Assembly (NCBI GenBank): GCA_046757525.1 | Contig: JBHHYI010000109.1 | Coordinates: 1 to 13,905, forward strand | Direction of reading: 5' to 3' | Source of the DNA: a bacterium | Lineage (GTDB): Bacteria > Zhuqueibacterota > Zhuqueibacteria > Oceanimicrobiales > Oceanimicrobiaceae | DNA length: 13,905 bases | Shown: piece by piece, positions 1-7,601 of the stretch | Layout: each line of letters starts with the position of its first letter | Numbering within the stretch: the first letter of the stretch is position 1 | Position numbers and translations under genes: made by a program | The notes under the pieces: generated by a model | What the model was told of the DNA's origin: nothing | What the model saw: only the letters and a program-made list of their open reading frames with translations | The model's database searches: none

Positions 1-134
1 TTACCATGCAAGGGCGGTGTTCTCACACAGTAGCTTGCAGTCTAATTGCACGGAGGTAGAGGGAAGCATCTCCGCTCTTTTGACAAAGCAGGAACTGGCA
101 GCCCCCGGATTTCTACCCGCCGACTACCTACGCC

Positions 135-3116
135 TCACTCACGCGCTTCCGGAGTCACCTTGAGCACAACGCGCTTGCCGTCGCGCAAAACCACCACCTG
201 CACGGGCTGACCAATTTTTACGGCGTCCAGCGCGTAGGTGTAGTCGTAGATGTTGGTGATCTTCTGTCCCGCGAATTCCACGATGATGTCGCCGCCTTTG
301 AGGCCGGCTTTGTCTGCGGGGCCGCCAGCACGCACGCCGGACAGTTTGACCCCCTTGTTGCCCTCGGTTACGTAATCGGGTACAGTGCCCAGATAGGCGC
401 GCAGGGCTTCCCGTTCGCCTCTCTGAGATTTGGATTTCTCAACCTTGACGTACTGCGGCCTTTTCGCGTTTTGGGCTAAATCCAGAATCAGAGCTTTGGC
501 GAATTTAGCGATCCTTTCCATGTCCGGATAATTCAGGGTGTTGGCGTCGTCGGTGGGCCGGTTGTAGTCCTCGTGACTGCCGGTGAAGAAGCTCAGGACC
601 GGCACCTCTTTGGTGTAGAACGCGGTCACGTCGGTGGGCAGGTAGGGGTCTTCCTGTAACTTCAAATTAAAGCCGGCGGCCACGTTGCGCTTTTCGATTA
701 ACCTGGTCCAATCGGACGAGGAACCCACGCCCTGGAGAATGAGATTGTTGTCGCGCAGCCGGCCAACCATGTCGAAGTTAAAATAAGCCGCCACCTTGTC
801 TAAGGAAATGGCTGCGTGTTCCACAAAATAGGAAGAGCCAATGAGTCCGAGTTCTTCCCCCGACCACAGCGCGAACACCAGGTTCCTTTTGAAACTCTCT
901 GGGCTCTCCTTCTGAAGTTCGGCCAAAGCAGCGGCCAATTCCAGCACGGTTGACGTGCCGGAGGCATTGTCGTCGGCGCCGTTGTGAATCTGACCCTCTT
1001 CGCCTGTGTGCGCCAGCGACCCGATTTCGCCGTGGCCGATGTGATCGTAGTGAGCGCCAACCACGACGTATTCATCGATTTTGTCCGTGGCGCTGGCGGG
1101 CAGCACCCCAAGCACGTTGCGATCCCATTTTTTGATGCGTTCCACGCCGGTGGAGATTCTTACTTTTACCTGGGGCAACAGAAAACCGTTCTCCGCATGG
1201 GGGTTTTCCTGGTCGAGTTCCGTCTGGGCCGTCTTCAGGTCTTTGCCAGCCGAAGTCAAAAGCGCCTCAGCCACCTTGCCGCTGACGGAAGCCGCCACAA
1301 TGCCGGAATTGGCAGCGCTGTTGTCGAACGACAGCGGCACCAACTCACCGGCTTTGGCAGAGTTGGGACCGCTTACCACCAGAATAGCCCTGGCGCCATG
1401 CTCTCTGGCCACCATGGCCTTGTAACGCAAGCCCGCGTACACATTCAACACCTGACGCCGCTTCATGTCAACGCCTTCGGGTACGAAGCGCAACACCAGC
1501 ACGATCTTCTCCTTGACGTCCAACCCGGCGTAGGAATCGTAACCAACGCCCAGTTCACCCGGCACCGACAACCCATAGCCAGCAAAAACAACTTCGCCTT
1601 CGACCTCGTCGTTGGTGGTGAAAGAAAGGGGGCGAAAGTCTTTTTCTACCCCAAAGGAAACGGATTTTCCGGTTTGCAGGACTTCCAGCTTGTTGCGATC
1701 GGGAGCCAATTTTATGCCCGAAGTAAATCGAAATCTTTGAAAGTAGCTCCCCTGGTCGCCGAGAGGCTGCAAGCCGGCTGCCCGGAAATGTTTCACGATG
1801 TATTTTGACGCCAACTCCGTGCCTTTAGACCCGGTCATGCGCCCTTCCAGCTCATCGGAAGCCAGATAATCGACCTCTTGCTCCAGGTCGGCGGCGGAAA
1901 TGGCGGGGACGAATGCCTCGTCCGTTTCTCTGCCGTCGCTGGCATTCTCAGCCTCAGCCTTAACGGCGGTGGCAGGCGTGGTTGCGTTTGAAGCCTGGGC
2001 CATGGCGCGCAAAGGCGCCTGCTGAATGGCTTGCAAAGCGGCCTGGTGGTTCCAATCGGCCATGAACAGTTGGGACTGGTTATTGGCCGTCCGATTGGAA
2101 GTCCAGCACAGGCGGTTGCCGTCGGGCGAAAACGCGGGCAAACCGTCGAATCCCTCGGAAAAGGTGACTCGCACCGGCTGGTGTTCACCCTTGGCGTCAA
2201 CCATGTAGAGTTCAAAGTTGGAAAAACCCAATTTGTTCGAGGCGAAGATGACGTACCGACCCGAGGGGTGGAAATAAGGCGCCCACGACATGGCTTTGAA
2301 ATCGGTCAGCCGGCGCACGTCCGACCCATCCAGGCGCATGGTGTAGACGTCCGCTAACATGCCGCTCTCATTAAAATGGCGCCAGACGATGCGTTGGCCG
2401 TCAGGTGTAAAAAAAGGGCCGCCGTCGTAACCCGGCCAGTCGGTTAAGCGCACCTGGTTGGAACCGTCGGCGTTCATGAGATAGATTTCACCGAAATAGG
2501 AAGGGTTGATCTTCAGACGTTTCTGCTCTTCGGGGGCAAGCTTTTCCGGCGGGTAAGCATTGCGCAGGGAGCAAAAGACGATTTTGCTGCCGTCGGGAGA
2601 ATAGGACCCTTCGGCGTCATAGCCGCGCGCCCGGGTCAAGCGCTTCAAATGCTTGCCATCGCGGTCGCTGGCAAAAATGTCCATGTACTCGTCGTAGTCC
2701 CAGGAATAGCGGTGCTGCTTGCCCTCAGCACGCAAGTCCAACTCCGTCTTCTCTTTTGCCTCCACGTCCGGGTCCAGATGGGTTGAGGCGAACAGGACCT
2801 CATCGGAACCTGGCCGGAAGAAAGAACAGGTGGTCTTGCCCATTCCGGGCGAAACCCGGTGACTGTCTCCGGTTTCCAGGTCGAGCAAATATATCTGGAA
2901 AAACGGATTTCCAGGCTCTCTTTCGCTTTGAAAAATCAGGCCCTTGCCGTCGGGTGAGAAGTAGCCTTCGCCGGAGCGTTTGCCTTCATAGGTCAGTTGC
3001 CGCACATTTTTTAAAAAATAGGCTTCTTTCTCTTTGTTCCCCCCATTAGCCAGGGCGACAGAACAAAGCCAAACAGCCAGAAAGACCACAGACACTCCTT
3101 TGCAAATTTTCATCAT
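135..3116 (-). CDS. Secreted M28-family metallopeptidase with N-terminal TolB-like (PD40) beta-propeller, PA domain and C-terminal PDZ domain
   Basis: Signal peptide (..WLCSVALA). Repeated propeller motifs (YFSPDGK, SYSPDGSKIVF, FFTPDGQRIVW, AFSPDGNRL). PA insert (VVFAGYG..DVKEKIVLVLR). M28 motifs GAHYDH, NGADDNASG, GEELGL, NFDMVG. PDZ (YLGTVPD..GGPADKAGLKGGDII). SD AAGGAG at 3128-3123 lies 6 nt before ATG 3116, preferred over TTG 3119. Confidence 0.92.
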   Translation of the reverse strand: MMKICKGVSVVFLAVWLCSVALANGGNKEKEAYFLKNVRQLTYEGKRSGEGYFSPDGKGLIFQSEREPGNPFFQIYLLDLETGDSHRVSPGMGKTTCSFFRPGSDEVLFASTHLDPDVEAKEKTELDLRAEGKQHRYSWDYDEYMDIFASDRDGKHLKRLTRARGYDAEGSYSPDGSKIVFCSLRNAYPPEKLAPEEQKRLKINPSYFGEIYLMNADGSNQVRLTDWPGYDGGPFFTPDGQRIVWRHFNESGMLADVYTMRLDGSDVRRLTDFKAMSWAPYFHPSGRYVIFASNKLGFSNFELYMVDAKGEHQPVRVTFSEGFDGLPAFSPDGNRLCWTSNRTANNQSQLFMADWNHQAALQAIQQAPLRAMAQASNATTPATAVKAEAENASDGRETDEAFVPAISAADLEQEVDYLASDELEGRMTGSKGTELASKYIVKHFRAAGLQPLGDQGSYFQRFRFTSGIKLAPDRNKLEVLQTGKSVSFGVEKDFRPLSFTTNDEVEGEVVFAGYGLSVPGELGVGYDSYAGLDVKEKIVLVLRFVPEGVDMKRRQVLNVYAGLRYKAMVAREHGARAILVVSGPNSAKAGELVPLSFDNSAANSGIVAASVSGKVAEALLTSAGKDLKTAQTELDQENPHAENGFLLPQVKVRISTGVERIKKWDRNVLGVLPASATDKIDEYVVVGAHYDHIGHGEIGSLAHTGEEGQIHNGADDNASGTSTVLELAAALAELQKESPESFKRNLVFALWSGEELGLIGSSYFVEHAAISLDKVAAYFNFDMVGRLRDNNLILQGVGSSSDWTRLIEKRNVAAGFNLKLQEDPYLPTDVTAFYTKEVPVLSFFTGSHEDYNRPTDDANTLNYPDMERIAKFAKALILDLAQNAKRPQYVKVEKSKSQRGEREALRAYLGTVPDYVTEGNKGVKLSGVRAGGPADKAGLKGGDIIVEFAGQKITNIYDYTYALDAVKIGQPVQVVVLRDGKRVVLKVTPEARE

Positions 3117-3190
3117 CAAAATCTCCTTAACCTTTAGTATGCACTGTCAAAGCTTTGCAAGTTTACTAAAACCAAACGAATTAATCAAGC

Positions 3191-4030
3191 CTAATCCTCC
3201 AGCTCAAAGCGCTTACGAATTTCCCGTTCCTGCTCGCCCAGTTGTTTGATTCGTTCCATGACTTTTCTTGCAATCAACAGGTAAGTCTTCTTGCCCCGGG
3301 CCAACTCGAATTCCGCGCTAAAATCCAGCGGTTCTCCCATGACCATGTGCACCATGGGTTTGTGTGCAGCAGAATGGCTCCAGTTTTTTCGGATCATCTG
3401 CCACGGATTTTTAGGGAAACCCTGCAAGAAAACCGGAACTACGTTGGGCTTGCTGCGATAAATCAGTTCGCCGCAGCCGGGCTTGGCCGGAAGCAGCGAG
3501 TAGGGGTCGGGACCCCGATTGCGCGTGCCCTCGGGATGAAAACCCACCAGATTGTCCTCATCCTCCAGAAGCTCCACCATTAAATCGGTGGCAAACACGT
3601 TCCAAATGCGCCGCCTCACGTCTCTGACGATTGGCGGATACATGACGCCAAGCGCCATGGGCAGGTTGACGAACAGGCCAAGAAAATTGTCGTAAAAAAA
3701 GTTGGACCTGACCGGAAAGTAAATATTGTGATGCGGGCCAAACAGGCGAAATAATCGCGCCGAAATTACAAATTGATCGTAAAAGGTTCTGTGGTTGGCG
3801 GCCAACAGCACACCTTTCCCAGGGTCGATCTTGTCAAAATTCTCAAAACCATGATCTAAAACCGTTTTGGAGGTACCAAATTCTATCCAGGTTTTGCTAA
3901 AAGTAGCCCCGATCAAAGTGAGAAGTCGGCGTATTCTCGGCGATCTGTTTAAGGTGTGCGTGACACGGAAATTGACGCGCTCCGCCAGAGTAAGCGCCCC
4001 CCATTGTTCACGAGTCGGCGTGACTTGCAT
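3191..4030 (-). CDS. Lysophospholipid / 1-acyl-sn-glycerol-3-phosphate acyltransferase family protein (PlsC-like)
   Basis: Catalytic NHxxxxD (ANHRTFYD), FHPEGTRN, AKPG and VVPV blocks. Start placed at ATG 4030 because AGGAGG lies at 4039-4034 (short spacer); upstream ATG 4051 is the alternative. Confidence 0.85.
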   Translation of the reverse strand: MQVTPTREQWGALTLAERVNFRVTHTLNRSPRIRRLLTLIGATFSKTWIEFGTSKTVLDHGFENFDKIDPGKGVLLAANHRTFYDQFVISARLFRLFGPHHNIYFPVRSNFFYDNFLGLFVNLPMALGVMYPPIVRDVRRRIWNVFATDLMVELLEDEDNLVGFHPEGTRNRGPDPYSLLPAKPGCGELIYRSKPNVVPVFLQGFPKNPWQMIRKNWSHSAAHKPMVHMVMGEPLDFSAEFELARGKKTYLLIARKVMERIKQLGEQEREIRKRFELED

Positions 4031-4110
4031 GGGCCTCCTGGATGTTAACATTTTTCAAGAATATAAAATTTATTTGAAAATAAACAATCAAAATTCCGAA
4101 AAAAGTAGAT

Positions 4111-4139
4111 TTGACTTCCACCGCAAATATGGGTAGATT
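4111..4139 (+). promoter_or_regulatory. Putative sigma70-type promoter for ogt
   Basis: TTGACT (4111-4116) - 17 nt - TAGATT (4134-4139) in the AT-rich divergent intergenic region, ~30 nt before ATG 4172. Confidence 0.55.
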
Positions 4140-4171
4140 CTGTCAATCGCTTAGGAAGCTGCATCGCCGCT

Positions 4172-4642
4172 ATGAGCACAACTGAAACAACCTACTACAA
4201 GTCACCCATTGGCTACTTGAAGATCTCCGGATCGGCAGGCGGCGTTCAGGCGCTGGAATTTTTGGACGAAGGCTCCTTCCCCGAAACAGAGATCCCGCCT
4301 TGCCTGCAAGACTGCGTGCAGCAGCTCGAGGAATACTTCCTGGGCAGGCGACAAGCCTTTTGCCTGAAACTGCAACCCGAAGGTACCGAGTTTCAAAGAA
4401 GCGTTTGGCAACAGCTCTTGCAGATTCCCTACGGCAAGACCGCAACCTATTTGGACGTTGCCACTGCCATCGGCAATCCCAAAGCGATTCGGGCGGTGGG
4501 CGCAGCCAATGGCAAGAACAAGATTCCGATCATCATCCCGTGCCATCGCGTCATCGGCAGCGACGGATCGCTCATCGGGTTTGGCGGCGGCCTCTGGCGC
4601 AAGGAATTTCTGCTGAAGCACGAAAAGATCTTTCTCCTTTGA
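4172..4642 (+). CDS. ogt: Methylated-DNA--protein-cysteine S-methyltransferase (O6-alkylguanine alkyltransferase)
   Basis: SPIG N-terminus, GTEFQRSVW, IPYGKTATY, RAVGAANGKN, active-site IPCHRVIG, GGLWRKEFLLKHE. No Ada regulatory domain. Confidence 0.96.
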   Translation: MSTTETTYYKSPIGYLKISGSAGGVQALEFLDEGSFPETEIPPCLQDCVQQLEEYFLGRRQAFCLKLQPEGTEFQRSVWQQLLQIPYGKTATYLDVATAIGNPKAIRAVGAANGKNKIPIIIPCHRVIGSDGSLIGFGGGLWRKEFLLKHEKIFLL

Positions 4643-4647
4643 TCTTA

Positions 4648-4676
4648 TTGACAAATCCATTGAGATTTTGTATTTT
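4648..4676 (+). promoter_or_regulatory. Putative sigma70-type promoter downstream of ogt, reading toward msrB
   Basis: Perfect TTGACA (4648-4653) - 17 nt - TATTTT (4671-4676). Confidence 0.45.
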
Positions 4677-4781
4677 TGTTTATGGATTCTAAAAAAGAAG
4701 AATCGAGGTCAAGATGCTTTCGTTTGTCATCCTTGTTTAATCCGTGCGAATCGGTGGCTAATAATTTTGCGGCTTGCCGCG

Positions 4782-4906
4782 CTAGTAGCGTGATTCCTAA
4801 TTACTGTTGCAAACTCTGACAGGGTTTCATTGAACGATCACAGCTATAGTTTTGCCGTTCAGAACCCTGTCAGGGTTGATATGTTAATTGAGAATCGCTC
4901 GTCTAG
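4782..4906. repeat. Nested-palindrome MITE/REP-like element bounded by CTAG
   Basis: CTAG at 4782-4785 and 4903-4906. Outer arms GATTCCTAATTA (4792-4803) / TAATTGAGAATC (4885-4896). Inner arms AACTCTGACAGGGTT (4812-4826) / AACCCTGTCAGGGTT (4863-4877), each itself near-palindromic. Innermost TGAACG (4831-4836) / CGTTCA (4856-4861). Confidence 0.7.
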
Positions 4907-4986
4907 GAGAGTCCACAGGAATGTCAAAGAGTTTGTCGGATCGTTAAACTTTGTGCAGAATCAGAAAAAAGGAGGGGGATTAAGAC

Positions 4987-5388
4987 ATGCCAAAAGACAA
5001 AACTAAAAAGACCGAGGCAGCGTGGCAACAGCAGCTTACCCCTGAGCAATTTGCTGTGACTCGCCAAAAAGCCACCGAAAGGCCCTTCACAGGAGAATAC
5101 AACGATTGCAAAGACGCCGGCGTTTACCGCTGCGTTTGCTGCGGCAATGCCCTGTTTAGCTCAGCGGATAAGTTCGACTCCGGCTCTGGCTGGCCCAGCT
5201 TCACGGCCCCGATTGCAAAGGAACACGTCGCTTACGCAGCCGACCAGAGCCTGTTCATGCGCAGAACCGAAGTGCTGTGCAGCCGCTGCGATGCCCACCT
5301 CGGCCATGTGTTCGATGACGGCCCGGCACCGACGCACAAACGCTACTGCATCAATTCCGTGGCCCTCAAACTCGAGAAGAAGTCATGA
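4987..5388 (+). CDS. msrB: Peptide-methionine (R)-S-oxide reductase MsrB, zinc-binding type
   Basis: [21 protein letters not shown] and CSRC zinc pairs, [21 protein letters not shown], catalytic RYCINS. SD GGAGG at 4971-4975. Confidence 0.97.
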   Translation: MPKDKTKKTEAAWQQQLTPEQFAVTRQKATERPFTGEYNDCKDAGVYRCVCCGNALFSSADKFDSGSGWPSFTAPIAKEHVAYAADQSLFMRRTEVLCSRCDAHLGHVFDDGPAPTHKRYCINSVALKLEKKS

Positions 5389-6724
5389 TGCCAACCAAGC
5401 CCTCTCCTCCTTCCCCGGCTGGACAAGAATCGGCAAAGCCCCGACTCGATGACCTGCAATACATGCTGGACAAAATGCAGTTCTTGCATGAAATCTCTCA
5501 AAAAATTTCAGAAAAAAACCGTTGGACAGGCTTCTAAATGAAATCATGGAAAGCAGCAAATTGGTTATGGACGCCGAAGCCAGCTCCTTGCTGCTCTATG
5601 AAGCTGAGGATGGCAAACTTCACTTCCAGGTGGCTACCGGCGACAAGGGGAAATCGATGAAGCAATATTCTGTGGATTCGGGCATTGGAATTGCCGGTTG
5701 GGTTGCTAAACACCAAAAACCGCTGTTGATTGAAGATTGCTATCGCGACCCGCGTTTCAGTCCGGAATTCGACAGGAGATCGCATTTCAAAACGAAGTCG
5801 ATGATTTGTGTGCCGTTGGTTAGAAAAGGTCAACTGCTTGGTGTGATCCAGGTCATCAACAAAAAAGGGCCTGAGGTTTTTCAAGAAAGAGACTTAACCA
5901 TCTTTGAGACCCTGGCTGCACAATGCGCCATCGCCATTGAGAATGCGCGACTCATAGAACTGCAGATTGAGTCCGAAGCTTTAGAGCGCGAATTGGAGAC
6001 GGCCCGGGAGATTCAACAAGCCTTGTTGCCCGCGGCCCTGCCCGAGTATGAAGACATTGAGGTTGCTGCCCAATTGATTCCAGCGAAGCAGGTGGGGGGC
6101 GATTATTACAACATTTTGAAAATAAGCGACTCGCAAAGCTTGTTCTTCATTGCGGACGTCACCGGCAAAGGCATTCCCGCGGCCTTGATTGTCTCGACCA
6201 TTTATTCTTGCCTCAACACTTATTTGGGGATGAAGCAACTGGGTTTTGATTTGCTGACTTTAGTTGACGGTCTCAACAAAGTCCTGCTCGCATCAACCAC
6301 CGCAGACAAATTCGTAACCGGCTGGCTCGGATTGTATGACCACGATTCGCGAAAGTTGGTCAGCGTCAACGCCGGACACAATCCGCCGTTCGTATTTAAG
6401 CAAGGACAGACAGAGCCCCTCGAATTGCAAAAGGGCGGCATGTTTTTGGGTGCTTTCGAAATGCCTTATGAAACGGAAGAAACGCAACTGCATCCTGGAG
6501 ACGTGCTGGTTTTTTTTACAGACGGCGTCACCGAGGCGTGGAACGAACAAGGGGAAGAGTACGAGGAATCCCGTTTGACAAAAGTCGTGCACGCCAACCG
6601 CAACCGATCTGCCACACAAATATTGGCAATGATTCAACAAGACGTCGACAAACACGTGGGCCGTGCCCAACAAAGCGATGACTTTACCTGTGCGGTCGTC
6701 AAAATATTGCCGAATCAGGCATAA
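5385..6724 (+). CDS. GAF domain + PP2C/SpoIIE protein-serine phosphatase (RsbU-like); N-terminus in another frame (frameshift near 5512-5518), continuous in-frame part 5522-6724
   Basis: GAF ([41 protein letters not shown]), coiled linker [16 protein letters not shown]2C motifs [37 protein letters not shown] 5385 overlaps the msrB stop (ATGA); its frame reads ..[11 protein letters not shown] and stops at 5537, and a -1 shift gives ..[15 protein letters not shown]. Confidence 0.88.
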
Positions 6725-6804
6725 ACGGCAGAAAGTTGTAGAGACTGCGGAACACTAAGCACCGGCGTTGCTTTAAATAACCGAAGCATGGGAGGTTTTT
6801 CGAG

Positions 6805-7116
6805 ATGGACGCGCGAGAACAAATCGATCATTTAGCCAACACGATTAGAGAAAAGTTTGCTGTTAAGAGAATCATCCTCTTCGGCTCTCAAGCTTACGGT
6901 CATCCAGACGGTGATAGCGATATCGATCTGTGTGTGATAACCGACCTGAAGGGCAAAAGAAAAATAGAGGTCATGAGAGATATCCGGAGAGAAGTGCGCT
7001 CTGTGATTTCACAGGCTTTGGATATCCTTGTCTACGATGAAACAGAATTTGCTGATCGAGCCGGTCTTAAGACGACGCTGGAATATAAAATTTTGACTGA
7101 GGGAGAAACGCTTTAG
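6805..7116 (+). CDS. Minimal nucleotidyltransferase (MNT) domain protein, putative antitoxin
   Basis: IILFGSQAYG..DSDIDLCVI (GS-x10-DxD) plus third Asp in LDILV; 103 aa; SD GGGAGG upstream; stop overlaps the next start (TAGTG). Confidence 0.9.
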   Translation: MDAREQIDHLANTIREKFAVKRIILFGSQAYGHPDGDSDIDLCVITDLKGKRKIEVMRDIRREVRSVISQALDILVYDETEFADRAGLKTTLEYKILTEGETL

Positions 7117-7505
7117 TGGATAATAAAGATATCGCCAAAGAATGGTTTGATATCGCCGACGCTGACCTTGCCTCGGCTAAGTTTTTGCAAAAGATGCGCC
7201 CAATCTCACTCGAGATAATTTGTTACCACTGTCAGCAAGCGGCTGAAAAATACTTGAAGGGGTTTCTTGTTTTGCAGGGAGAACAAGTGACGAAAACGCA
7301 TGATTTGACCTTGCTGAATGAAAAGTGCTTGAACTTTGACAAGGATTTCAAAACCGTAGCAGGTGATTGTCTGATGTTGACGGATTATAGTGTGAATGTA
7401 AGGTACCCCTTTCCTCTTGAGATAACTGAAAAAGATATGAAACTTGCCATTAAAAGTGCAATCAAGATTAAGGATTTTGTTAAGGAAAAAGTAGGCGGGC
7501 TTTGA
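7116..7505 (+). CDS. HEPN domain protein (MNT partner), putative toxin
   Basis: W..ADADL..A, ICYHCQQAAEKYLKGFL, KTHDL, RYP: signature of the HEPN family that pairs with MNT. GTG start overlaps the MNT stop by 1 nt. Confidence 0.9.
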   Translation: MDNKDIAKEWFDIADADLASAKFLQKMRPISLEIICYHCQQAAEKYLKGFLVLQGEQVTKTHDLTLLNEKCLNFDKDFKTVAGDCLMLTDYSVNVRYPFPLEITEKDMKLAIKSAIKIKDFVKEKVGGL

Positions 7506-7533
7506 GAATGAAGTTGTGCCACTTCCTACTTTG

Positions 7534-7562
7534 TTGACTTTTGACAAAAAGTATTTTACCTT
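7534..7562 (+). promoter_or_regulatory. Putative sigma70-type promoter for the SPL-like / GIY-YIG pair
   Basis: TTGACT (7534-7539) - 17 nt - TACCTT (7557-7562). The spacer region carries the palindrome TTTTG-A-CAAAA (7539-7549). Confidence 0.4.
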
Positions 7563-7601
7563 GTTGCCAAAGATGTCCGTAAGTGCTAACGCAACCAACA
7601 A

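Noticed and set aside
984..1808. 274-aa plus-strand ORF inside the M28 gene, and similar ORFs opposite asmA
   Set aside because: Antisense shadows expected from codon bias; no domain signatures.
5522..5950. GAF domain as a free methionine-R-sulfoxide reductase (MsrC), given msrB adjacency
   Set aside because: Lacks the MsrC GVCG and HIAC cysteine motifs (has GIAGWVA) and is fused to PP2C.
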